Origin: Deferribacterales bacterium
Lineage (GTDB): Bacteria > Chrysiogenota > Deferribacteres > Deferribacterales > Geovibrionaceae
Assembly (NCBI GenBank): GCA_050251945.1
Contig: JBFWLW010000015.1
Span: forward strand, 1-63,321
Reading direction: 5' to 3'
DNA length: 63,321 nt
The translations under genes were made by a program, and so were the position numbers. Below the pieces are notes generated by a model that worked only from the letters and a program-made list of their open reading frames with translations, had not been told where the DNA came from and did not search any database. This document shows, piece by piece, positions 8,523-17,466 of the stretch (positions within the stretch are counted from its first letter, which is position 1; each line of letters opens with the position of its first letter).

Positions 8523-10045
8523 ATCATGCCCTTACTGGTTTTTATAATCTGTTTATACACTGTTTCATAGTCCTTGTTGCTTTGGATCTGGCTGTCATAT
8601 TCCGTTATGAAGTTCTTTTTAATTTTTGAAACATATGATTTGCTCAGACCCGCAGCGTTTCCGATATCCACCTGTGAATATTCGTTATCTATTGTCAGCG
8701 CATATATAATTGCCCGCTTTATAAAAGTTATGGTCTCGTTCTGCGGTTTGTTTCCGAACACATCTTCAAACGAAAGATTCAGTTCTTTGCAGAATTTTTC
8801 CATGCGGCTTATAATTACGCTCATGGTATTATTATTGAATTTGTTAATAAAGCTGATTCCTGTGAGTTCCTGACAAAAACTGTTTATCCCGACAAAAGTT
8901 CCTTTATCGGTTATTTCATCGGCAAGGTCGTGTGCTTTGCCTTCCAGCTTGCGGAAATCGTCCGGCAGCTTGGTTACGGCGAGTTCCAGCATATTTATTT
9001 CTTCTTTGTTCAGGTTCGCAACGTCTATGTATCCTGTTTCAAGCAGCACTCTTTTGATAAATTTCATTTTTGCTTCAGGAGATGGGTAATCAACCGGAAT
9101 TATTCTGTTGCAGAGCCTTGATTCAAACTCTTTTTTCAGTTTTGCTTTTATTCTTGTTTCATCAATAGCCTGATAATCGAAAATTCTGTCGAAATCTTTC
9201 TTCGTGCATCTTTCATGTTCAAATACGAAGCTTAAATTTTCGGGGTTGTCGTGCATTGAATACAGGGTGATCTTTTTCTTTGATATCCGCAGATCCATCA
9301 GGTCATATAGAGCTATGAGGAAAAACATTGTCGTGGTGCTTAGAAAAATGGAAAGATCATCGAACATGACCAGATCAGCATCTGAAAGCTTATCAATAGT
9401 TTCGCTGTAATTCCGGTTTGAGGCAACTTTTTTAAAAAAGTTTTCCCAAAGGTTCTTCTTAAAATAATAAATCTGATAGCTTTGGTTTTTATCCATAAGG
9501 TGATTTATTATTGATTCCTGAAGGTGTGATTTCCCAAGCCCTCTGTCGCCGTAAATGCCTATGACTCCCTTTGTCGTCGTCTGTTTAAAATCGGTGTTCG
9601 CTATTTCAGACGCTATGTTAAAAGCTCTTCTGTTGCTGTCGTCCACTATGAAGTTGTCGAATGTATTTGAAATTGAAGTGCTTGATGGGTCATAGAAAAT
9701 CATATTTCTTTCATGTTTTGCGACATCTGTTTTCAGTGTTATCTTATGATTGAATTTGATTTTGTTTTTGAATTCCTTTGTGATAAGGTTTATAAAATTA
9801 GCTATGGTGTTGTCAAGTTTCAGACTTTCAAATATATACTTCTGGCTTGTGGTAAATTCTATGAGAACGTTGTCAATTTCATTTCTTGATGATCTGTTGA
9901 TTACCTCAATGGAGCAGTTAGCAAGAAACGCTCTGGTTTTGTTTGTAAAAGTTTCATACCTGCCTTCATTTTCGCAAATGTCCTGATAAAGGCTTTTTAT
10001 GAGATTTCTTACCTGTATTATGTTATATGTTGTTTCTGTTCCCAT
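8519..10045 (-). CDS. DnaA-like AAA+ protein, putative plasmid replication initiator
   Basis: TFDNFIVDDSNRRAF; Walker A GDRGLGKSHL; Walker B VMFDDL; sensor-2-like FRKLEG; C-terminal HTH lacking the DHTTV signature; 4-bp overlap with parA. Confidence 0.82.
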   Translation of the reverse strand: MGTETTYNIIQVRNLIKSLYQDICENEGRYETFTNKTRAFLANCSIEVINRSSRNEIDNVLIEFTTSQKYIFESLKLDNTIANFINLITKEFKNKIKFNHKITLKTDVAKHERNMIFYDPSSTSISNTFDNFIVDDSNRRAFNIASEIANTDFKQTTTKGVIGIYGDRGLGKSHLQESIINHLMDKNQSYQIYYFKKNLWENFFKKVASNRNYSETIDKLSDADLVMFDDLSIFLSTTTMFFLIALYDLMDLRISKKKITLYSMHDNPENLSFVFEHERCTKKDFDRIFDYQAIDETRIKAKLKKEFESRLCNRIIPVDYPSPEAKMKFIKRVLLETGYIDVANLNKEEINMLELAVTKLPDDFRKLEGKAHDLADEITDKGTFVGINSFCQELTGISFINKFNNNTMSVIISRMEKFCKELNLSFEDVFGNKPQNETITFIKRAIIYALTIDNEYSQVDIGNAAGLSKSYVSKIKKNFITEYDSQIQSNKDYETVYKQIIKTSKGMI

Positions 10046-10051
10046 ATTCAG

Positions 10052-10080
10052 ATGATAATATGCCGGAGAGGTTAAGTCAA
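10052..10080 (-). promoter_or_regulatory. sigma70 promoter of the dnaA-like/parAB operon (leaderless)
   Basis: TTGACT-17bp-TATCAT, then 6 nt to the ATG; no SD; the -35 lies inside a GTTGACTTAAC box. Confidence 0.65.
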
Positions 10081-10353
10081 CTTAGATTCAACTTTGGAAT
10101 GTTCAATTCTTAATATTAGTTTATAGATAAGTTATTATTATATGCTTCTTTGTGGATAAGTGGAAAACTATATACTAAACCTTTGTAAAAAAAGATTTAT
10201 TGTGTTTCCACAAAGTTGACTGGACGGTTGAATCAACTTCCACTCATGAGTTGACACACGTTGACTGGCGGTTGACTGAAAAGTTGTATCAACGCAGGTG
10301 ATGTACCTGTTGAGTCAACTCCGGTTGACTTGGAGTTGACTGAGGTTTGAATC
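10071..10353. other. Putative replication origin with AT-rich tract, DnaA box and iteron-like boxes
   Basis: AT-rich 10105-10145; TGTGGATAA at 10151-10159; GTTGA-type boxes at 10215, 10227, 10250, 10260, 10271, 10283, 10309, 10324, 10335 and inverted at 10071-10092. Confidence 0.7.
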
Positions 10354-10429
10354 CGGCAGAGTCTCCCTGTTTTGCACTGTAAGTCGCATATGCCTCGACA
10401 TCCCATGCAGAATATGTCATAATCTGGTT

Positions 10430-11047
10430 ATGGAACAGAACTTGCGGGAAACAATAGGGCAGGATATTTTTGATTATCAGATGCTGATGAACGCTTTGAA
10501 AGAATATGTCAGCCCGAGAGACAAAATCACAAGGCTGCTGAAATCAGGCGAAATTATCCAGCTCCGTAAAGGTCTGTATATTTTTCATCAGGCATACCGG
10601 AAGCAGTCTCTGTCCAGAGAAATCATAGCAAATATGATTTACGGTCCTTCATACATTTCATTTGAATACGCATTGAGTTATTACGGTATTATTCCTGAAA
10701 GGGTGAATGTTGTGACATCCGCCGCTTTGGGCAGAACCCGTTCCTATGACACCCCTCTGGGTGTATTCAGTTACAGGATGCTGCCTGCGGATGTTTTCAG
10801 CATCGGTGTTGACATCGTCGAATCATTCCATATCGCAACCCCTGCAAAGGCTCTGGCGGATAAAGTCGCATATGACAGCAACCTCGGTATAAGAACCGCT
10901 GCCGGCATGGCGGATTATTTGCAGGCGGGTCTGCGTGCTGATGTTTCCGATATTGATTTGTCAGAGTTGGCGGGAATAGGGCAGGCATACCGTATGACCA
11001 AGATTAAACTGCTGGAGGATGCCGTCAGGAGGATTAAGGATGAATAA
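10430..11047 (+). CDS. AbiEi-like type IV antitoxin / transcription regulator
   Basis: LRKGLY, PSYISFEYALSYYGIIPE and IATPAKALAD motifs. Confidence 0.85.
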   Translation: MEQNLRETIGQDIFDYQMLMNALKEYVSPRDKITRLLKSGEIIQLRKGLYIFHQAYRKQSLSREIIANMIYGPSYISFEYALSYYGIIPERVNVVTSAALGRTRSYDTPLGVFSYRMLPADVFSIGVDIVESFHIATPAKALADKVAYDSNLGIRTAAGMADYLQAGLRADVSDIDLSELAGIGQAYRMTKIKLLEDAVRRIKDE

Positions 11048-11903
11048 GGCTGTATTAAGGATGCTTGAAAAATATCAATGTGACACGGTGGACGCATATA
11101 TTCAGGCTCTCAGGGAGATTATGCAGGAAATTGCTCTGCTTGGTCTTTACAGAGGGAAGTTTTTTGAACATGCGGCGTTTTACGGCGGCACAGCACTTAG
11201 AATCATATACGGTCTTGAAAGATTTTCGGAAGATCTGGATTTTTCGCTTCTGAAACCCGATGACAGTTTCAGTCTGGATAAATACGGCGGTTACCTTGAA
11301 AAGGAGCTTGCCGCATATGGGTTTACTGTTTCAGTGGAACTCAAAAACAAAGCGGTTGAATCACAGGTTCAATCTGCATTTCTGAAAGCGGATACGGCAA
11401 ACGAGTTATTGGTTATTGAGGCAGGGGAGAGCCTTATAGGTCGGATTCCCCATGGTCAGAAGATCAAAATTAAAATTGAGGTGGACACTGACCCGCCGGC
11501 AGATTTTGACACGGAGATCAGATATCTGCTCAATCCGGTTCCATTCAGTGTGCGGGTGTACACTCTGCCGTGTCTGTTCGCCGGCAAGATGCACGCTCTG
11601 CTGTTCAGGCGGTGGGGGAAGAGGGTGAAAGGCCGTGACTGGTACGATCTTGTATGGTATCTGGCAAATCATCCTGAAATCAGCCTTGAACATCTGAAAG
11701 CGCGCATGGTTCAGACAGGCGACTGGCAGTCGGACAAACCTTTTTCAATGGACGACCTGCAATCTCTTTTCATGGATGCGGTTGATAAAACAGATATTGA
11801 ACAGGCAGGGAAAGAGGTTGCCCCTTTTCTTAAAAATCCTTCCGAAACCGCTGTCTGGTCAAAAGACTTCTTCAAAAGTATAGCTTCGGGATTTGTATCT
11901 TAA
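11040..11903 (+). CDS. AbiEii-family nucleotidyltransferase toxin
   Basis: FYGGTALR, RFSEDLDF, K.HA and KGRDWYDL motifs; overlaps the antitoxin gene. Confidence 0.9.
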   Translation: MNKAVLRMLEKYQCDTVDAYIQALREIMQEIALLGLYRGKFFEHAAFYGGTALRIIYGLERFSEDLDFSLLKPDDSFSLDKYGGYLEKELAAYGFTVSVELKNKAVESQVQSAFLKADTANELLVIEAGESLIGRIPHGQKIKIKIEVDTDPPADFDTEIRYLLNPVPFSVRVYTLPCLFAGKMHALLFRRWGKRVKGRDWYDLVWYLANHPEISLEHLKARMVQTGDWQSDKPFSMDDLQSLFMDAVDKTDIEQAGKEVAPFLKNPSETAVWSKDFFKSIASGFVS

Positions 11904-11954
11904 ATTCTGCGGTTTGTTTTGTGTTTAAGCCTGTATATTTTCTTATCCGGAAAC

Positions 11955-12110
11955 TGTTACATAAGTGTTACAGAATGTTCATGCAGTATGTAAGATTCGA
12001 GTGTAACACTTTTAAGTATTTCTATGATCAATCAGCAGTTCAAATCATTGTAGTATAAAATAATACTTCTCAACTCCCGTTTAATTTCTCTATTGGCACA
12101 TGCCTTGCAT
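11955..12110 (+). promoter_or_regulatory. sigma54 promoter with upstream activator sites for the porin-caiB operon
   Basis: TGGCAC-ATGCC-TTGCA at 12094-12109; TGTAACACTTT at 12002 and inverted AAGTGTTACA at 11963. Confidence 0.8.
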
Positions 12111-12141
12111 TTTAAGGGTCATTCTTTTTATGGAGGTTTTC

Positions 12142-13464
12142 ATGATCCGGAAAATGTTAGGAATTTTTCTCATTATAGTTTGTATGACAGGCGTATCTTA
12201 TGCCTACAAACTGTCTCTCAACGGTTACAATGAAACGGAACTTCGTTTCATTGGCAACAGCTCTGTCGGTGACGGCGGCAGCAATGTCGATAACGACAAT
12301 GGAACCTATGTGAAGCAGCAGCTTCGTATCTGGGGTTTCCTTGAGATGGACGAAAAGACCAAGCTGATCATGCGTATCACACCCATCAACCACAGATGGG
12401 GTACAAGCTATCAGCACAACACATCAGTTATCAAAGGTACTGCGATTCTTGACCGTGCGTGGGTTCAATATAAACCCGTGAATGATCTTACCATCGACTG
12501 CGGTTTTATGACTGCTGCTAACTATTCTATCAAAGGCTGGGCACAAGGCTGGTATAACGGCGGATTCACAGAATTCGGTCCCAGAAGCGGCGGCAGGGTT
12601 GAATATGCCAAAGACGGCAGAAAATACTGGATCCAGTATGAAAAGACCTATGAAACAGACGACAGTGATATGTTTTACGATGTGAATCATAATAAAGACT
12701 CTGATGCTGTTATCATCGGTACAGACACAGCCGACAATGGTCCTCTTAAAACACACGCCTATGCTGCATACTATTCAACATACGGCGGCGATACCGATAA
12801 TAATGACCGGTCCAGCCTCGGCGGCGGTTATGTAAGTGCTGAATATAAGATCAGCGAAAATCTTTCTACAACTCTTTCAGGTTCATACGTTGCAGGAAAA
12901 GCCTATGACTCCGGCGGCATATATATGAAAGGAGAAGGAGAGGACGTATCCGCATACGGTCTTTATGGCGACCTGGTTTTTAAAAATGATTCTTTCACTG
13001 CAGGTTTTGATGCAGAATATTCCAGCTATGACAAAGAAAAAGGTTTCTTCTCTCTCGGCGGTGACCTCGACAGAATGTATATCATGGATGACATCATGGG
13101 TGACTACAGAGGCGTTCCCGCTTCAACGTCATTCCGTGCATATGTAACAAAACCGGTCGGAAAATTTGAGGTTACGCCTGCCATCGCTTATTACATGAGT
13201 AATGTTAAAGACAGTGATGTTGCCATTACATACGGCAGCCCCTATAACGCCAAAAAAACATGGACAAAAGACACATCGGCTCTTGAACTTGATCTGAAAA
13301 CAACATATCAGGTCAGTCCTGTTATCAGCCTTGCAGGCGGTTATGCTGTTGCATTCATAGACAACGTATCTACAGGCTCAAAAGACAGCAACGGCAACTA
13401 TGAAACATACGATGCCGATCCTGTTCATGTGGCATGGTTCAGATTTACAGCTTCTTTTAAATAA
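12142..13464 (+). CDS. Outer-membrane beta-barrel porin (putative substrate channel)
   Basis: Signal peptide; Tyr/Gly/Asp-rich amphipathic strands; C-terminal WFRFTASF beta-signal; SD GGAGG before ATG 12142. Confidence 0.7.
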   Translation: MIRKMLGIFLIIVCMTGVSYAYKLSLNGYNETELRFIGNSSVGDGGSNVDNDNGTYVKQQLRIWGFLEMDEKTKLIMRITPINHRWGTSYQHNTSVIKGTAILDRAWVQYKPVNDLTIDCGFMTAANYSIKGWAQGWYNGGFTEFGPRSGGRVEYAKDGRKYWIQYEKTYETDDSDMFYDVNHNKDSDAVIIGTDTADNGPLKTHAYAAYYSTYGGDTDNNDRSSLGGGYVSAEYKISENLSTTLSGSYVAGKAYDSGGIYMKGEGEDVSAYGLYGDLVFKNDSFTAGFDAEYSSYDKEKGFFSLGGDLDRMYIMDDIMGDYRGVPASTSFRAYVTKPVGKFEVTPAIAYYMSNVKDSDVAITYGSPYNAKKTWTKDTSALELDLKTTYQVSPVISLAGGYAVAFIDNVSTGSKDSNGNYETYDADPVHVAWFRFTASFK

Positions 13465-13474
13465 TACTGTTTTC

Positions 13475-13512
13475 TCCCCGTCTTCGGGCGGGGGGGGGAA
13501 CACCTGTTTTTT
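13475..13512 (+). terminator. GC hairpin followed by a T-tract
   Basis: ctccccgtc-ttcg-ggcgggggg then tgtttttt. Confidence 0.55.
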
Positions 13513-13545
13513 GGGTTTAAAGTTTTTATTTAAAAGGAGATTATT

Positions 13546-14757
13546 ATGAAAAAAAGTGAAATGCCTGTATTCGGGAACCTTCAGGGAATTAAGGTTCTCA
13601 GTATTACCAGCGCGATTGCAGGTCCTTTTTGCGCAGGAATGTTTTCCGAACAGGGTGCAGACGTAATTCAGATTGAAAGCGTACTGTCTCCCGATATGCT
13701 TCGCAACTTTGGCGATACATGGTCTGATTTCCATAAGAACCAGAGGGCGATAACTCTTGACGTACCCAATCCCGAATCAAGACCTGTTCTGGAAAAACTT
13801 ATAAAATGGGCCGATATCCTTATAGAATCATCAAAAGGCGGCACATGGACAAAATGGGGTCTCACTGACGACTATCTCTGGAGCGTCAACCCCTCACTTG
13901 TTATCACACATATTTCAGGTTTCGGGCAGGAGGGCGACCCCGCATACGTTCCGAGAGCCTCTTTCGATATCGTCGGTCAGGCGTTCAGCGGCTATATGTC
14001 GATAAACGGTGAACCTGATCCCGCTCCGCCATATGCACCAAAACCTTTTCTTTGTGATTACACCACAGGTCTTTTTGCTGCGTTCGGCACACTTTCAGCT
14101 TATCACAGAGCAAAAGAGACAGGAAAGGGCGAGAGCATCGACCTTGCGCAGTTTGAGACCCTCGTGCGCATGCAGGGCAACTACATCATGGACGCCATAA
14201 ACAAAGGTTCCGAGTTCAAACGCATGGGCAATAAGGATATTATCGGAGCCACAGACGGTACTGAGGTTTGCAGGGACGGACGCTGGTATTACATTGCCGT
14301 TGGCGGTGCCGGTCCTGTGAAAAAACTGGAAAAGCTCCTTGGATTGGAAGGCGACCCTGATTTTGCAGAACCTCATTCAATCATTGCTCGTTCATTCCCC
14401 GAAAGGGCGGCGAAATTCAATAAAGCGCTCAAGGCGTTTTGTCTGCAACACACGCCGGAAGAGCTGGATGAAATATTCTCAAAACTCCAGATTCCGGCAA
14501 GTCCAATAATGACTTACAGGATGATGCTTGAAAACCCGCATTACAAAGCGCGCAGTGTGTTTACGGAGTGGCACGACCCTAACACTGAGAAACAGATCAA
14601 AGGACCTGCGCCCGTACCTAAATTTAAAAATAACCCAAGCAAAGTTTTCCGTGGAGGTCCTACATACGGACAGGACAACGAAGACGTTTTTACAGAGCTG
14701 GGGTTTGATGAAAGTTATGTGAAAAACTTATATGACAAAGGACTTACCAAAAAGTAA
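13546..14757 (+). CDS. Class III (CaiB/BaiF) CoA-transferase, CaiB-like
   Basis: MPVFGNLQGIKV..IAGPF...GADVIQIE, ISGFGQ, SFDIVGQAFSG and IDLAQFE motifs. Confidence 0.9.
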   Translation: MKKSEMPVFGNLQGIKVLSITSAIAGPFCAGMFSEQGADVIQIESVLSPDMLRNFGDTWSDFHKNQRAITLDVPNPESRPVLEKLIKWADILIESSKGGTWTKWGLTDDYLWSVNPSLVITHISGFGQEGDPAYVPRASFDIVGQAFSGYMSINGEPDPAPPYAPKPFLCDYTTGLFAAFGTLSAYHRAKETGKGESIDLAQFETLVRMQGNYIMDAINKGSEFKRMGNKDIIGATDGTEVCRDGRWYYIAVGGAGPVKKLEKLLGLEGDPDFAEPHSIIARSFPERAAKFNKALKAFCLQHTPEELDEIFSKLQIPASPIMTYRMMLENPHYKARSVFTEWHDPNTEKQIKGPAPVPKFKNNPSKVFRGGPTYGQDNEDVFTELGFDESYVKNLYDKGLTKK

Positions 14758-14765
14758 TTCCGGCG

Positions 14766-14794
14766 GCGGTCGGATTAAACCGACCGCTTTTTTT
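14766..14794 (+). terminator. Intrinsic terminator or attenuator after the CoA-transferase
   Basis: gcggtcgg..ccgaccgc followed by T7. Confidence 0.65.
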
Positions 14795-14829
14795 AAAATC
14801 CGCAGACAGGTTCCTGAGGTGAACCAGTT

Positions 14830-16092
14830 ATGAATAACACTAATAAAATGCATTATGCATGGTATATATTGTTTTGTGTATGTGCGATTTATGGTGCCGG
14901 AATAGGAATGATAGGCAACAGCGCCGGCTTGTTTCTGCTTGTTGTTTCTAAAGATATGGGCTGGCAAAGCGCCAGTCTGAATTTTTATCTGACTATCGTT
15001 CAGATAGTTATGATGGTGCTGCTGCCCTTCGCCGGCAGGTTATACACCAGAGTGAACGTCCGCATTATCCTTTCAGCAGGAATAACGCTGATGGCCGTGG
15101 CATATGTCGGCAGTGCTTTTACTCATTATCTCTGGCAGTGGTATGTGATAGGTGTTCTTTTAGGTATCGCTTACGCTTTCATTCTTTACCTTCCCGGACC
15201 GTTGCTTATCAACAACTGGTTCGACAAGCGCGCCGGGCTTGCTCTTGGCATAAGCATGGCGTTTGCCAGCATCACTGCCGCAGTGGTCAACCCTCTCGGG
15301 GGTTGGATCATAGACCAGTACGGATGGCGCATGGCGAGGATCCTTATTGGTTCGAGCGCATGGTTGCTGGCTATTCCTTTCTGTCTTTTTGTCGCCAAGT
15401 ATAAACCCGAAGACCTTGGTCTTAAACCCTACGGGTATGACAATTTCAAAAAGGCGGGTGCCGTTTCCGTTATCAAAGGTGTTTTTTACAAAGACGCACT
15501 GAAAAATCCTGCTTTCTATCTTACTTTCTGCCTTGCCGGAATCATAGTGTTCTGCGCAACGATGCACATGATGACACCAAGCTATGCGAACTCTATAGGG
15601 CTTTCATCGGCGACGGGTGCGACCGCCGTTTCCGTTATCATGATAGGCGGAGTCGTTGGCAAATTCTTTCTCGGCTGGCTTGTTGACAGGATAGGTGCCA
15701 GAAACACCACATTTTTCGCGATGCTTCTTGGAGCAATGGGAGCCGCAGTCGTTTTAATTGGCAATACGAATGTAACCGTTTTTTTTACCGGGGCGTTTAT
15801 GTTCGGTTTCAGTTACGCGGCTCTGACAATTGTCCCTCCTCTTGTAGTGCGGGCCGTTTACGGCCCGCTTGATTACGAAAAGATATATTCAAGCGTAACG
15901 ATAGCTTTTGGTCTTTTCGGGGCATCGGCACCGCTGGTTTACGGGCATATCTATGACGTAACGAAAAGCTACAGAGGTGCGTGGGGATTTGTTCTGGGTT
16001 TTTACCTGATAGCGTTCTTTTTAACGATTTTCATTTTCATGTTCAGCAAAAAACTTACATGGAAGGAGAAGATCGTGACTTCAAATAATTAA
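14830..16092 (+). CDS. MFS transporter (OFA/monocarboxylate-like)
   Basis: About 12 TM; NWFDKRAGLALG, YGWR and GWLVDRIG motifs. Confidence 0.88.
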   Translation: MNNTNKMHYAWYILFCVCAIYGAGIGMIGNSAGLFLLVVSKDMGWQSASLNFYLTIVQIVMMVLLPFAGRLYTRVNVRIILSAGITLMAVAYVGSAFTHYLWQWYVIGVLLGIAYAFILYLPGPLLINNWFDKRAGLALGISMAFASITAAVVNPLGGWIIDQYGWRMARILIGSSAWLLAIPFCLFVAKYKPEDLGLKPYGYDNFKKAGAVSVIKGVFYKDALKNPAFYLTFCLAGIIVFCATMHMMTPSYANSIGLSSATGATAVSVIMIGGVVGKFFLGWLVDRIGARNTTFFAMLLGAMGAAVVLIGNTNVTVFFTGAFMFGFSYAALTIVPPLVVRAVYGPLDYEKIYSSVTIAFGLFGASAPLVYGHIYDVTKSYRGAWGFVLGFYLIAFFLTIFIFMFSKKLTWKEKIVTSNN

Positions 16093-16108
16093 TTATAAGA
16101 GGTTTTTT

Positions 16109-17359
16109 ATGACTAACACAAAAAGTGGCGGTATTCATTACGCATGGTGGATCATGGTCGCATGCTGTGCCATGTACGGTGGTGCAGTTGGTGTCATTGG
16201 CAACACCATGGGACTTTTCCTGAACCCTGTAATGGAAGAGATGGAGTGGACACGTCTTCAGGCTTCCTATTATATGTCCATCAGCGGTATCGTTCTTGCG
16301 ATCTGCCAGCCTATCGCCGGCAAACTGTTCTCAAAAATTGATATCCGCATCCTTCTCGGCTGCGCAGTGGGCGTGCTTTGCCTTTCCTATGCGGCGTCCT
16401 CTCAGTTTCATTCCCTCGCGGCTTGGAACGCTTTCGGCATTATCATAGGTGTATGTAACGCATTCCTGTTTTATCTGCCGATCCCGATACTTATGAACAG
16501 CTGGTTTAAAGACCGCCTTGGTCTTGCGCTGGGTATTGCAGTTGCATTCTCAAGTATTACTGCGGCTTTTGCAAACCCCATAGGTAACATGCTTATCGCT
16601 GAGTACGGCTGGAGAACAACCAGGCTCATCTTTGGCGGTATCGTGTTCGTGGCTGTAATGCCTTTTATGCTCTTTGTTGTGAGAAGAACTCCCGAAGAGA
16701 AAGGGCTTAAACCTTATGGCGTGGAAAAAATGTCTGCACAGCAGGTGGCAGCGGCAGCTGGTGAAGCAACCGGAGCAACTTTCAAACAGGCTCTTATGTC
16801 CGTTTCGTTCTGGTGTTATTTCCTGATGGCATGTCTCATCGTCACCTGTGCGTCAATGCACGTTCAGACCCCCGGTTATGCGGCATGGAAAGGACTTGGT
16901 TCTCAGATAGGTGCAACTGCTGTTTCCGTTATCATGATAGGCGGTATATCCGGCAAGATATTCCTTGGCTGGCTTAACGACAAAATAGGAATTGTCAAAA
17001 CAGGTATGTTTGCAATGGTTCTGGGTATTATAGGCAGTGTTATTGCGGTTGTGTCAAACATGAACGTCACTCTGTTCTTTGTGGGAACATTTATGTTCGG
17101 TGTGGCATACGCTGCGCTCACTATCGTCCCTCCTCTGCTGGTGCGTTCAGCATTCGGCATGAAAAGTTATTCCCAGATATTTTCCATCATAACTTTCGGG
17201 CTGGGTATATTCGGCGGAACCGTTGCTCCAATGCTTTATGCTAAACTTTACGACGCTCATAAATCATTTGCGATCCACTGGCCTCTGGTTGCGGGAATGT
17301 TCGCCGCGGCGCTTGTGCTTCTGATAATCGGAAACGCAACAAGTAAAAAGGCTTACTAG
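16109..17359 (+). CDS. MFS transporter, paralogue of the upstream gene
   Basis: HYAW, SWFKDRLGLALG, ATAVSVIMIGG and YAALTIVPPL shared with 14830-16092. Confidence 0.88.
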   Translation: MTNTKSGGIHYAWWIMVACCAMYGGAVGVIGNTMGLFLNPVMEEMEWTRLQASYYMSISGIVLAICQPIAGKLFSKIDIRILLGCAVGVLCLSYAASSQFHSLAAWNAFGIIIGVCNAFLFYLPIPILMNSWFKDRLGLALGIAVAFSSITAAFANPIGNMLIAEYGWRTTRLIFGGIVFVAVMPFMLFVVRRTPEEKGLKPYGVEKMSAQQVAAAAGEATGATFKQALMSVSFWCYFLMACLIVTCASMHVQTPGYAAWKGLGSQIGATAVSVIMIGGISGKIFLGWLNDKIGIVKTGMFAMVLGIIGSVIAVVSNMNVTLFFVGTFMFGVAYAALTIVPPLLVRSAFGMKSYSQIFSIITFGLGIFGGTVAPMLYAKLYDAHKSFAIHWPLVAGMFAAALVLLIIGNATSKKAY

Positions 17360-17368
17360 TAATAGTTT

Positions 17369-17404
17369 ATGCACAGGTTTCCGGTTTTGCCGGAACCTGT
17401 GCAT
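17369..17404. terminator. Long stem-loop between the MFS and the ligase
   Basis: atgcacaggtt(t)ccgg...ccggaacctgtgcat inverted repeat; no clear T-tract. Confidence 0.4.
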
Positions 17405-17466
17405 CTTAAAGACGCAACCCCGCACAGGCAGCAGCCGATGCCGCGGGAAAATCTATTACTGACGGG

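Noticed and set aside
8519..10045. Chromosomal dnaA/oriC
   Set aside because: No dnaN, recF, gyrB or rpmH context, the domain IV signature is missing, and it is coupled to plasmid-type parAB on a ~63 kb circle.
10215..10353. GTTGA... repeats as a CRISPR array
   Set aside because: Units are 6-11 bp with 10-26 bp periods, there are no spacer-sized unique segments, and no cas genes are present.
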